DNA of 64,000 bases, taken from positions 290,899-354,898 of the forward strand of contig CAVZSQ010000015.1 in NCBI GenBank assembly GCA_963777955.1, written 5' to 3'. Below the pieces are notes generated by a model. It did not search any database. It saw only the letters and a list, made by a program, of their open reading frames with translations, and was not told where the DNA came from. Both the position numbers and the translations under genes were made by a program. This stretch comes from Calditrichia bacterium (lineage in GTDB: Bacteria; Calditrichota; Calditrichia; JAJRVZ01). Shown here in pieces: positions 19,815 to 29,841 of this stretch. Within the stretch, counting starts at the first letter, position 1. Every line of letters starts with the position of its first letter.

Positions 19815-22773
19815 TTATTCAAAATTGAAATTTATCAGCCAGCGGAACTTTTGATGGTCCTTATTGACAGCCAGGTTGCCGATCCACAAAGGAAAATCCA
19901 TCCCGATGCTCTTTAAATTGAATAAAAAATCGGCCCACTTCCCCATTGGCAGCTGTAAACCGAATCCGGCTGATTTTTGAAATTGGCCCAGGGCAGGCAT
20001 GGATCCGGACCAGACCGAACCGATATCGGCAAATACATAAGTCGTTAAATCCCGCAGCATGAACAGGCTGCTATAGCGTAATGGATTAGGAATCACGATA
20101 TCCAGATTGCCGGCAATTATTTTATTGTCCAGGATTGGAGTCGGACTGCCGCTCAGCGAAGCACCGCGCACATTACCGCCACCTGCTTTAAATAAATGAC
20201 CATTCTTACGCCAGGGATAAGGCAGACTACCCTTGCTGCGGTAGAATGGTTCGTTGAATTCATCCCAGCCGTTTGCACCACTTAAGTTAAACTGGAATTG
20301 TGCCGGAACTCTTCCCTTGCCGTAGCCGGTATAGCAGCGCAGCACTGCTTGCCAGTCTGAACGTGCATTCGAGAAAATCCGGCTGGCCTCCAGATAAATC
20401 TGAGCAAAGCCGTAAGCGCTGCCTAAAAACGATGTATGGGTAAAAACCGTCACTTCGTATTTTTTCCTCCAACTGTGGCGGTAGTTGGCTGCGGTTTTAA
20501 AATTGAGGAATAGAGTAGTAACATCATTTTCATCCCAGGCTGCCATTAAATAGGATGGATTAAAAACGTGATGGCCGGTTAATCCTAATCCATACTCGAG
20601 CGACTTAAGATAATTCTGCGACAGTTGACCGGTCAATCCGCAACTGCCCCCCTCCCGGCCGTCCAGACGGTACAGGCTTAGATCAAACCGGACGTTATTT
20701 CCGATAGCATAAAATGGAGTACGGTAAGAAACTTCCGCGTCGACCGCCGGATGGGCCGTTTTATACCATACCCGGGCGTTCAGTTTATGATCGATGTTCA
20801 GGTAACTCCCATTTAATTTGATACCTGCCCTGGCCTGATCATAGTCATTGTAAAAAAATAACGGCCAGATTTCCCAGATATATTTATCTAAAGGCGGAGC
20901 ATAACTCTGGTAACGCATCCAGTGAAATTCCTGTTCGGGCAGGCAGGAGGAAGTATTATTCAAACTGTTTATATCCGTCAAACTCAGTGTTGAATCAAGT
21001 TTGACCATTCTGATTCCGTCCGACAGGGTCAAATTGGCCGTGTATTTTTTTTGACTGAAATGCCAGTAAGGTAAAGTGATCCGGTTGCCGGCCGGTTCGC
21101 TGCTGTTATCGACCGGTACATGAAAACGTTGTACGGTGCCATCTTTTAAATATACGCTGAAATCAACCGGCATGAAGATTTCGGCTTTTCTATCCAGATT
21201 AACCTGGCATTTATAAAAGCGCCGGCCATCAATTTTTTCCCAATGCCCCCGGTAGCCCTGGACCGCATAATCCAAGTTTCCGGCTGGTGCTCAACCACTG
21301 TTCAAAAAACCAGTCCAGATCGCGGTTTGCCGTTTTTTCCATCACTGTAATGAAATCCCGGGTGTAAGGATGGTGAAAACACCATTGATTAAAATATTCC
21401 TGCAGGCCCAGGGAGAACAAACTATCACCCAGGGTATATTCCAGCATGAATAAAACCATGGCCATTTTAGAATATTGCAAAATGTAGATATCATCCCCCA
21501 GATAATCAGAAGGCAAGGCGATAGGATCCCGGTCGAATCCGGATTTACTGTAACGCAGGTACTGCCAAGCCGTGCTCCTGCGGTCGTCATCGCGGTAGGC
21601 GGTTTTCTGTTCAAACCAGCCGGATCTGATCTTCGCTAAATTATCTTTCACTCCGAAGATTGCTTCCATCGCTTTAATTTCAGCAAAGGTGGCAAATCCT
21701 TCATCCAGCCAGCCTTGCTCGGTCTGGTTATTAGCCAGCAGGCCGTAAAACCAGAAATGAGCCATTTCATGCAGCAGTAAGGCGCGGAACTCACCCGGTT
21801 CATACTCCGGATTGATATAATCGTTAAGCAATACGATCTGCGGATATTCAATACCGCCGGCCCGGACATACGTATCAGCAATAGTTAATTGTTGATAAGG
21901 ATAATGCCCGAAAGTATCATTAAAATACTGCAGACCCCGCACCGCCCATTCGTTAACCTGTTTCCAGGATTCGCGGTTATAATCCAGTGCCAGGACATTG
22001 ATGGTGATCCCCTGCCATTCCGACTGCATCAATACATAGGCCGGATCGGCAGTCCAGGCAAAATCATGCACATTTTTTGCTTCATAGTACCATTGAACCG
22101 GCCCGGGCGTCTCATATTCTTCTGACTGTTGCCCTTGACTGCTGCTACTGTCCTTTGCGGAGTTCGCTGCGGAACTACTGAGCAAATTGCCGGTAGCACC
22201 TACTGTAAATCCCGCCGGGACATTTATAGTGACCAGGAAATCCCCCCATTCCTGATAAAATTCGTTATCCAGATGCTGGTGCAGATGCCATCCGTCCCGA
22301 TCATATACCACCGGGGTGACATACCAATTGCCGATGTCGTAATGATTGCCGAGATAGCCATAACGATCACTGGCCGGTGGAATCATTACGGTAAATTTAA
22401 AGTGCCAGCGAACCGATTCACCCGGAGCAAGCGGATGGTGCAGTTGTGTTTTCAGCAGAGTCTGATCGATACTGAAATTTTTCTGCAATGAGTCATTTTC
22501 CTGTATGGTATGGATGGTAATTCCGCCCAGATCGGCTTTAAGGTCGGGCAGGAATAAAGAACCGGCACGGTATTTATTCATATATAAATGGAAGTACAGC
22601 ACCCGCAGGGTATCAGCCGAATGGTTGGTATAAAGTAATGTTTCGTCGATATTCAGATGGTTCAGATTGATATCGAGTTTAACATCCATGGTGTAGTGCA
22701 CGTATTGCTGGAAATACTGTGTTTGATCCGGAGTGGACAGCAAATCCATCCGGGGATTGCAGCAGAACTGCAA
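19815..22773 (-). CDS. Secreted M1-family Zn aminopeptidase with long C-terminal region; frameshift near 21265
   Basis: GGIEYP, HEMAHFWF...WLDEG and DLDWFFEQW motifs; continues in the 19815-21275 frame (LDYAV...). Confidence 0.82.
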
Positions 22774-22796
22774 CTGTACTAAATAGAAGAATTAAA

Positions 22797-24002
22797 TTAT
22801 TCCCCGCCATGTTCATGCTTTTCGATATCATGTGTTAAACCCTCTGCCCGGCTGATGGATTTACGGCCGAATTTCTTTTTTACCAGGTCTTCTATAACAT
22901 CCAGCCGGTCATTATCCTGCAGTCCGCATTCAAATATGTTCATTTGCCTGCCCAGGTCATCGCTGAATCCCGAGATGCCCACACCGATCAATCGCACTTT
23001 CCTGCCTTGCTGATAATTATCAATAAATAATTCTTTCACTACCGAAAAAATTTTTTCAGTATTGGCTGTGACACCCGGGATGGTCTGGACACGGGTAATA
23101 GTATCAAAACTCTGATAACGTAATTTAAGCTGGATGGTCCTGCCGGTTAATCCTTTCTGACGCAAACGGTAGGCCACTTTTTCAGCCAGTTGAAACAGTG
23201 TACGCTGCAGCATATCCAGATCGGTGATGTCCTCGCCAAAAGTGACTTCATTACTCACCGACTTCACTTCATGTCCGGAAATTACCGGGCGGTCGTCCTG
23301 ACCGTGTGCCAGGGCATAAAAATGCTCCCCCAGTTTACCGAAATATTGTTCGAGCAGATCGGCAGGAAATTGACGCAGGTCGCCGATGGTATAGATGCCC
23401 AGATGATTAAGTTTGGCAATAGTTTTTTTACCGGCACCCCAGATGTAGACCACGGCCAGGGGATCCAGGAATTCCTGGATCCCTTGGCCGGCTTCGACGA
23501 TCACCAATCCATCAGGTTTCCTGAGATCCGAAGCAATCTTGGCAATGAATTTATTGGGTGCTATACCGACTGAAGCGGTCAGATCCTGGTTGCGCAAGAT
23601 CCGTATTTTAAGTTCCCGGCCCAGGTTTTCCACGTCCCCGAAAAGATGGAAACTTCCGGTAATGTCCAGGAATGCTTCGTCGATCGACAACGGTTCAACC
23701 TGGTCGGTGAATTCATATAATAATTCGAAGATTTCAGCGCTGACCTGTGAATACAGGTGCCCGTTGGGTGGAACATAAATCCCCTGCGGACATAATTTGT
23801 AAGCCTGGGATATCGGCATGGCGGAATGAACACCGTACCGGCGTGCTTCATAGGAACAGGTGGAGACCACTCCCCGGCCTTTACCCTGTCTGGGATCAGC
23901 ACCGACAATCAGAGGTTTATTTTTGTACTGTGGATGTTCTCTTTGCTCGATGGCGGCAAAAAATGCATCCATATCGACATGCAGAATATACCGGACAGCC
24001 AC
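22797..24002 (-). CDS. dinB: DNA polymerase IV (Y family)
   Basis: HVDMDAFFA, SYEAR.YGV.SAM, SIDEAFLD; clamp-binding-like QMNIF. Confidence 0.93.
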   Translation of the reverse strand: MAVRYILHVDMDAFFAAIEQREHPQYKNKPLIVGADPRQGKGRGVVSTCSYEARRYGVHSAMPISQAYKLCPQGIYVPPNGHLYSQVSAEIFELLYEFTDQVEPLSIDEAFLDITGSFHLFGDVENLGRELKIRILRNQDLTASVGIAPNKFIAKIASDLRKPDGLVIVEAGQGIQEFLDPLAVVYIWGAGKKTIAKLNHLGIYTIGDLRQFPADLLEQYFGKLGEHFYALAHGQDDRPVISGHEVKSVSNEVTFGEDITDLDMLQRTLFQLAEKVAYRLRQKGLTGRTIQLKLRYQSFDTITRVQTIPGVTANTEKIFSVVKELFIDNYQQGRKVRLIGVGISGFSDDLGRQMNIFECGLQDNDRLDVIEDLVKKKFGRKSISRAEGLTHDIEKHEHGGE

Positions 24003-24812
24003 TTACTTTTTGTTTATCCCTGTTGATTTATAGATCATACAGCAGACAAAGACCACGGCCTGCAGCATAATGATCGTTGCTCCGCTCGGCAAATCGAGAT
24101 AATAAGAGAAAATCAAACCCAGCAATGCGCCGCCTGTACCAAAAATTATGGCCACAATAGTCATGGACCGGAAGGTATGGCTGATCAGACGGGCCGCAGC
24201 CGCGGGAATAACCAGAAAAGCGGCGATCAGCACAATCCCTACCAGTTTAATTGCCACTACCACCGTCACCGCGATCAGAATGGACAACAAATAATCGTCT
24301 CTCTTCACCGGGATTCGATCGGACTGGGCCAGGCCGCGATCGAAGGAGGTATAAGCCCAGCGTTTCCAGAGTGGACCGGTAAACAGCGTGATTAATACTA
24401 CCAGCGAGGTGAGTAGAATATCGGTCCAGGAAATAACCAGGATCGAACCGAAAAGATAACTGAAGGCATCACTGGTATAAGTACGTTTAAGAAAAAGAAA
24501 AATGATGCCCAGGGCCATGGAAACCGAGAAAAAAATACCGACGGCCGTATCGCCGCCCAGTTCTGTTTTTTCACTCACCCAGGCAATACCCGCGGCCACC
24601 ATAATTGTGAATGGTACCGCCACCCACAGAGGTTCGATAGACAGCAGAATACCCAGGGCAATACCACCGAAGGCGGCATGAGCCAGGCCGCTGCCCAGAA
24701 AACTCAATTTACGCTGGATGACAAATACGCCGTAATAACTGGCCAGAAAACCGACCAGAAGTCCGCCCAGCAGGGCGCGTTGCATGTATGGTAAGGAAAT
24801 AAACTCAGGCAT
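24003..24812 (-). CDS. znuB: Zn/Mn ABC transporter permease
   Basis: LAHAAFGGIA, YLFGSIL, VGIVLI.AFLVIPAAAA, D.PSGA.II motifs. Confidence 0.88.
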   Translation of the reverse strand: MPEFISLPYMQRALLGGLLVGFLASYYGVFVIQRKLSFLGSGLAHAAFGGIALGILLSIEPLWVAVPFTIMVAAGIAWVSEKTELGGDTAVGIFFSVSMALGIIFLFLKRTYTSDAFSYLFGSILVISWTDILLTSLVVLITLFTGPLWKRWAYTSFDRGLAQSDRIPVKRDDYLLSILIAVTVVVAIKLVGIVLIAAFLVIPAAAARLISHTFRSMTIVAIIFGTGGALLGLIFSYYLDLPSGATIIMLQAVVFVCCMIYKSTGINKK

Positions 24813-25560
24813 CTTGATTCAGGGATAAAAGTCCGTGATGTTTATGGCCGATATGTCCAAAGGCCGTGCGCAAATTATCTTCAGACAAAACCTGTTTAGG
24901 ATTACCGAAAGCTATCTGACGCCGGTTCAGCAATAATACCAGATCAGCATGATGTGTGGTTGCATGCCAGTCGTGGGTGATCATCAGTATGGTGCAATGG
25001 CTTTCATTCTGATACTTCTCCAGCAGTTTGTACATGTCGGCCTCACCCATGGTATCGATACCGGTGGCCGGTTCATCCAGCATGATCAGGCGCGGCTTGC
25101 GCACCATACTGCGGGCCAGGAAAACACGCTGCAATTCACCGCCGGATAAGTTCGACAAGGGCTTGTTGGCCAGGTGCAGCGCCCCGACCTGTTCCAGTGC
25201 CTGCTGGCAGGTCGCGACCTCCTGTTTATTTCTATGCCAGCTCCACTTCATTTTCAATCCGGAAAGCACCAGCTCAATAGCCAGGGCCGGGAAGGTACGA
25301 TCCAGGGTCTTAACCTGCGGAACGTAAGCCAGCCACTCCGGGGGAACATTTTTACTATTTTTACCAAAAAGCAGAAAAGTACCTGCAGCCGGCGCCACCA
25401 TTCCTAAAAGCAGTTTAAAGAAAGTCGATTTTCCCGCACCGTTAGGACCAAAAATAGCTACAAAGGAATTGAGCGGAATTTCAAAATGCAATCCGTCCAG
25501 AGCCAGGAAATCACCATAGCGTACCGACAGACCTGAAATCGAAACGGCCGTATCGATCAT
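24805..25560 (-). CDS. znuC: Zn/Mn ABC transporter ATPase
   Basis: GPNGAGKST, LSGGELQR, LDEP, THD; His-rich tail. Confidence 0.88.
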   Translation of the reverse strand: MIDTAVSISGLSVRYGDFLALDGLHFEIPLNSFVAIFGPNGAGKSTFFKLLLGMVAPAAGTFLLFGKNSKNVPPEWLAYVPQVKTLDRTFPALAIELVLSGLKMKWSWHRNKQEVATCQQALEQVGALHLANKPLSNLSGGELQRVFLARSMVRKPRLIMLDEPATGIDTMGEADMYKLLEKYQNESHCTILMITHDWHATTHHADLVLLLNRRQIAFGNPKQVLSEDNLRTAFGHIGHKHHGLLSLNQDA

Positions 25561-26447
25561 TGCAATGCTCCGATCACGAGTTTTGTATTATAAAGTAAAA
25601 TCTCTGCGTAAGTCCGGCGTTGTGGTTTACCGCCCAGTGGATCCAGTTCGACGATTGGAATACCGGTAATCTCGGCAATTAACCGGGCGGCCCGATCCGG
25701 CAGTTGCGGTTGAGTAAAAATAGCCACTATATTTTCACGCTTTATCTGATCAATCAATTTTTTTATCTGCCTGGCCGTGGGATCGACACCGGGATTGATT
25801 TCCACGACACCACCCGATTTTAATCCGTAACGGCGCAGATAATAATTAAAAAAAGGATGCGCCTGAACTACAGTTTTCCCTTGAAATGATTTCAGGCTTC
25901 CTCTTATTTTCGCATCCAGCTCAAGCAGTTGTGCAGAAAACCTGCGGTAATTTTCAGCAATAACCTGGCGCTGTGACGGAAACAATTTGGACAATGAATC
26001 GGCCAGATTAGCGGCCAGAACATTAACCAGCAGGGGATCGGTCCAGAAATGAGGATCAATTCCCCGGTGGTGTGCATGGGTCTGACCGGACTTGCCCGGC
26101 GGTGGATTTGCTGCCGGAAAATTTTCAAAAAAGATAAGGGAATCCAGGGGAATCAGATCAATGACTTCGATGGTGGAACGTGCCGGGAATTTCTTTACCC
26201 AGTCATCCAGATTGGGCCCGACTAAGAATAAGAGCGATGCAGATTCGATATGGTTGATGTCGCCGGGCGTTGGTTCGTACGTATGCGGTGAAGCACCCGC
26301 CGGCAACAAATCAAGAACCACTGTATGCTGACCGAGCAATTCACTGGCAATCTGTTGCAGCGGATGGATGGTAGCAATATAAGTTGATTGTGCCGTGACG
26401 CCGTAACAAAAGATTAAGATGTAAAAGAATGAATACAGAACGTTCAT
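25557..26447 (-). CDS. znuA: Zn/Mn ABC transporter substrate-binding protein
   Basis: SPHTYEP, His-rich loop HAHH, DPHFW, HPFF.Y, LDPLG. Confidence 0.88.
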   Translation of the reverse strand: MNVLYSFFYILIFCYGVTAQSTYIATIHPLQQIASELLGQHTVVLDLLPAGASPHTYEPTPGDINHIESASLLFLVGPNLDDWVKKFPARSTIEVIDLIPLDSLIFFENFPAANPPPGKSGQTHAHHRGIDPHFWTDPLLVNVLAANLADSLSKLFPSQRQVIAENYRRFSAQLLELDAKIRGSLKSFQGKTVVQAHPFFNYYLRRYGLKSGGVVEINPGVDPTARQIKKLIDQIKRENIVAIFTQPQLPDRAARLIAEITGIPIVELDPLGGKPQRRTYAEILLYNTKLVIGALQ

Positions 26448-26483
26448 TCCGGCACTTAACTATTTAGTTCAGAACAGAATAAT

Positions 26484-26645
26484 TTATTTTTCTTCTTTAA
26501 ACATAACATGTTTGCGGACTACGGGATCATATTTTTTCATTTGCAACCGGCCGCTTTGATTGCGCTTATTCTTGGTAGTCGAATATGTATAGGGACTCTC
26601 GCTGCTGCGCAGTTTAATATTTTCCCGGGCACTTGCCTTGGCCAT
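26484..26645 (-). CDS. rpmG: 50S ribosomal protein L33, Zn-free (Cys-minus) type
   Basis: Manual translation MAKASARENIKLRSSESPYTYSTTKNKRNQSGRLQMKKYDPVVRKHVMFKEEK; AAGGAG RBS upstream. Confidence 0.92.
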   Translation of the reverse strand: MAKASARENIKLRSSESPYTYSTTKNKRNQSGRLQMKKYDPVVRKHVMFKEEK

Positions 26646-26704
26646 AATTTATACTCCTTATATTTATTTTTTACAATCGCTGATCACCCAGCCAGGAGAA
26701 AGAA

Positions 26705-26920
26705 TCAGCTCCTCTTTTTTTCGATATATTCCCGGCTTTTTTTAATTTCCTGTTCGAGGAAAGTTTGTTCATTACTGCCGGCAGGAATTTTAATAAACCT
26801 TTCCGAAAAATTATAGGCATTGCTTTTGGAAGATTTATAAGGAAAAACCACTTTGTATACTTTGACCTGGTCCCCTTTTTTCTTCATAGTTTTTTCAGCG
26901 AATGACTGTGCTTTGGCCAT
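26705..26920 (-). CDS. DUF4295-family small basic protein (bL38-like)
   Basis: MAK...K...KVV...KS.K..AY.F.E pattern; adjacent to rpmG as in Bacteroidota. Confidence 0.65.
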   Translation of the reverse strand: MAKAQSFAEKTMKKKGDQVKVYKVVFPYKSSKSNAYNFSERFIKIPAGSNEQTFLEQEIKKSREYIEKKRS

Positions 26921-27026
26921 CGTTTATTACCTCGTTATATTTGAATATTTCTCAGTATATTTTTAAAAGTCGTATAATTTACAAATTTAAAATGAATATT
27001 TTAACAATTTTTTTTTATTTCCTGAC

Positions 27027-27081
27027 CCATCCCCCTGTACCCCCTCCCTTATATATAAGGGAGGGGATTAAGAGGTGGGTT
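27027..27081. repeat. REP-like GC-rich imperfect palindrome (family shared with 40452-40517)
   Basis: CCATCCCCCT...CCCTCCCTTATATATAAGGGAGGGG...GGTGGG. Confidence 0.65.
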
Positions 27082-27098
27082 ATTTAACAAAATAATTA

Positions 27099-27147
27099 TT
27101 GACAATAAGAGTACACACTACTTAAATTAAGTGTACATCAGTACACT
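27099..27147 (+). promoter_or_regulatory. lexA promoter (TTGACA/TAAATT) with putative LexA box AGTGTAC-ATCA-GTACACT
   Basis: -35 at 27099-27104, -10 at 27123-27128, palindrome core at 27131-27146; extra half-site GTACAC at 27111-27116. Confidence 0.8.
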
Positions 27148-27178
27148 ATCAAATAAAGTCTATTATGGTGAGGGATAA

Positions 27179-27796
27179 ATGAAAAAATTAACCAAACGTC
27201 AGGAGCAGATTCTGCAGATTATAGCGGATTCCGTGGAATTGAACGGTTATCCGCCCACTTATCAGCAATTATGCGATAAATTGGGTATTCATTCGAAAAA
27301 TGGAGTTAAAAAACATGTTGATGCCCTGGTCCGCAAGGGTTATATCGAAAAGGATTCCTCTGCACGGGGGCTGCGTATCCTGGCTGCAGATTATAAACCT
27401 AAAGGAAAGAGCGATACCGACGTCCCGTTACTGGGCCGGGTGGCTGCAGGAACCCCTGTTTTTGCCGAAGAAAACGTCGAACGGTACATACCTGTTCCCC
27501 GCCACCTGATTAAAACCGAAGGACGCTATTATGCCTTGAAAGTCCGGGGGGACAGTATGATCAATGCCGGTATCTACGAAAATGACCTGGTACTGGTGCG
27601 GGCGATCAACATAGCCACCCATAATGATATTGTTGTTGCCCTGATCAATGGCGAGGTGACGGTCAAACGACTGGTCAGCGAAGGTGAACAGGTCTATTTG
27701 CGGGCAGAAAATCCGGCCTATTCTGACATTTATCCTCAGGAAAGCTGGTCCATTCAGGGCAAAGTAATCGGTCTGATCCGCGAGTATTTCAACTAA
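27179..27796 (+). CDS. lexA: LexA repressor
   Basis: LTKRQ..IL..GYPPT HTH; VAAG cleavage site; GDSM catalytic Ser; VTVKR catalytic Lys. Confidence 0.95.
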   Translation: MKKLTKRQEQILQIIADSVELNGYPPTYQQLCDKLGIHSKNGVKKHVDALVRKGYIEKDSSARGLRILAADYKPKGKSDTDVPLLGRVAAGTPVFAEENVERYIPVPRHLIKTEGRYYALKVRGDSMINAGIYENDLVLVRAINIATHNDIVVALINGEVTVKRLVSEGEQVYLRAENPAYSDIYPQESWSIQGKVIGLIREYFN

Positions 27797-27799
27797 AAT

Positions 27800-28246
27800 A
27801 TGACTAAATCCTCATCAAACCCCGGGAATCCATTCACGCGCACATTACCGTTGACCCGGGAATTTTCCAATATACCGTTAATCGGTATGCTCAATTTGAC
27901 AGACGCAGATGCCGATCCGGAATACCAGATCGGCGATTCGATCCGCAATTTTCAAACTGCCGGAAAAGAATTCGTCACCCTGGTCATCAACGATAATTCC
28001 ATGCGCCAGGCCGGGATCATCAAAGGTGATTATTTAACCGTAAATCTGAAATCGAACGTTCAGGACGGCGATCTGACTGTGGTCCGCCTGGGTGAACGAC
28101 TGTACGTCCGCCAGTTTTTCCGTCAGAGTTCAACCCTTATCCGCCTGCAGACCTGCGACGAATTCCCCGCTGTCCTGGTCATCGAGACCAAGACACCGGA
28201 TTTCGAGATAATTGGCAGGGTGTATTCGTTGTCGAGGCAGTTCTAA
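27800..28246 (+). CDS. S24 peptidase-fold protein (LexA-CTD/UmuD-like), predicted inactive
   Basis: IPLIG, DNSMRQAGI..GD, FEIIGRV. No HTH, no Ala-Gly site, catalytic Lys position reads VRQF. Confidence 0.75.
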   Translation: MTKSSSNPGNPFTRTLPLTREFSNIPLIGMLNLTDADADPEYQIGDSIRNFQTAGKEFVTLVINDNSMRQAGIIKGDYLTVNLKSNVQDGDLTVVRLGERLYVRQFFRQSSTLIRLQTCDEFPAVLVIETKTPDFEIIGRVYSLSRQF

Positions 28247-28820
28247 AGGCACTTAGCACTTAGTTCCTGAGTCCCTTAGTCTGAGAACCTGAGTCAGTTA
28301 GTAGTTGAATTTGAGCCATTGATCTTCGTATTAGTGATCTTAATATATCTCGAGTTCACGGAGTTCATTATAGACAGATTCATAGTCTGATTTGGAAATA
28401 AAATTCAATTTAAGCCTATTACAAGTTGGGTCTGAATTCATATATAGAACCCATTGCAATTTGAGAAATCGTACATAACTGAACGATCTCCGAGCGAATC
28501 CTTCGGCATATTACTCGGATCGAAATCGCCGTCTCGAATTCCGAGCAATGCCGGAAAGTTCATTTACAGCGAAAAGCATTGGTCGATTTATTCAAATAGA
28601 TGGGCTCAATTTTTGAATTACGCCAAATATTAATCTCTGTTAAACTGAATTTCATTTGCCAAGATAACATATAAAATCTATCCATTTCTGATACATCGTG
28701 AACTCGACAATAATTCTTAAAACCTTGATCAATAAATTAAATATACAAATCAAAATTCATACTGCAAAAAGTACCTAAGTGCCTAAGTGAACTCAGGTAC
28801 TAAGGCACTAAGGCACTTTT
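28247..28820. repeat. 9-mer tandem arrays (AGTNCCTGA/AGGNACTAA type) bracketing the four-helix-bundle relic
   Basis: TAGTTCCTGAGTCCCTTAG at ~28260-28295; CTCAGGTACTAAGGCACTAAGGCAC at ~28790-28816. Confidence 0.7.
28300..28660 (-). pseudogene. Heavily decayed four-helix-bundle (TIGR02436/23S IVP-like) gene
   Basis: Fragments across frames read AISI.SN.AEGFARRS, RFL.IAMGSIYE.QTQL and ISKSDYESVYNELRELE. Confidence 0.7.
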
Positions 28821-28849
28821 TATACCACCATAAAAACTCTATATTTTGC

Positions 28850-28899
28850 TTGCCTTCCATCCATCCAGTCTTTATATTTTTGGTGTACATATGTACACT
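28850..28899 (+). promoter_or_regulatory. Promoter (TTGCCT-17-TATATT) with putative LexA box GTGTAC-ATAT-GTACAC
   Basis: -35 at 28850-28855, -10 at 28873-28878, palindrome at 28883-28898. Confidence 0.8.
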
Positions 28900-28945
28900 A
28901 AATAAGGATTGGCACGATTATAGCATAAAACTTTTGCAGTTGTAT

Positions 28946-29200
28946 ATGATCTATCAGGATGTCTATGAGGCCATTGAGGTAATCTCCCTGTTTAAAGAGG
29001 GAAAAATTAAGCCGCTGCGCTTTAAATGGAACGGGCGGGTATACCGGATCAACAGATTAAACGGACACTGGGTAAACCCCAAAGGGTATGACAAGCAGTA
29101 TCATTTCTCGTTAATTGCCGATAATTCCGATTATTTCGAGATTATGTTCGATACGGCAACCTTTGAGTGGCAAATCGCCCGGGTCTGCTTGGAGGGATAG
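28946..29200 (+). CDS. Small DUF6504-like protein of SOS mutagenesis cassettes
   Basis: 84 aa with P.RF.W.GR.YRI....G.W pattern and terminal W.I..V; starts downstream of the SOS-box promoter. Confidence 0.6.
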   Translation: MIYQDVYEAIEVISLFKEGKIKPLRFKWNGRVYRINRLNGHWVNPKGYDKQYHFSLIADNSDYFEIMFDTATFEWQIARVCLEG

Positions 29201-29202
29201 AT

Positions 29203-29520
29203 ATGATTGCACACAGTACGGTAAGCCGGACAGACCAGCAAATGCTGGAACTGTTCGAATTCACTACAGCGAAAAAGCCGGAACGGGCCAGGTTGCGGCG
29301 CCGGATTAAGGAAGTAATCTATGGCCGGCGCCCGGCTGTCAAAATTTACAGCAGCCGCTTACAGAGCGAATTATGGCTGGTCAATGAAGGACTGGCAGAT
29401 CCGGCTGATGCAGTTTTTGCCGGCAAGGCCATAACCATGCAGTTACTGGCGGAACTAATGCTGGAACAGGAGAAATCCACGCAGATTCTGCAGGAAATAT
29501 TATCTAACACACCGTGTTGA
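29203..29520 (+). CDS. Hypothetical protein in SOS operon
   Basis: 105-aa ORF with GGAGG RBS, 2 nt after the upstream stop. Confidence 0.6.
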   Translation: MIAHSTVSRTDQQMLELFEFTTAKKPERARLRRRIKEVIYGRRPAVKIYSSRLQSELWLVNEGLADPADAVFAGKAITMQLLAELMLEQEKSTQILQEILSNTPC

Positions 29521-29585
29521 GCCGGTGCCGCAGAATCTGACCTTGCGCAGTGCAGTTAGTTGCAACCACCACTTCTGTGGAAAAT

Positions 29586-29831
29586 ATGAGGCAAAAAATA
29601 ACGATATTTCCAAAAACGATTGACATTGATTCTGTAATACATCTTGTTCGGGGGGAGCGGATCATTTTGGATTCTGATTTGGCAAATATCTACGGAATCC
29701 CAACTTTTCGACTTAATGAGGCCGTCAAGCGAAATCGTGGCCGTTTTCCCGGCGATTTCTTGTTTCAACTTACACGGAATGAATATGATTCTTTGACATC
29801 GCATTTTGCGATATCAAAGAATGGACAATGA
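29586..29831 (+). CDS. ORF6N-domain DNA-binding protein, C-terminally truncated
   Basis: RGERIILDSDLANIYG..T.RLNEAVKRN..RFP.DF.FQLT; stops before the usual GGRR..PYAFTEQG segment. Confidence 0.75.
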   Translation: MRQKITIFPKTIDIDSVIHLVRGERIILDSDLANIYGIPTFRLNEAVKRNRGRFPGDFLFQLTRNEYDSLTSHFAISKNGQ

Positions 29832-29841
29832 GCTGATGCTC

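Noticed and set aside
29550..29831. Prophage (ORF6N next to a LexA/CI-like repressor)
   Set aside because: No integrase or structural genes; the repressor is a bona fide LexA in an SOS context.
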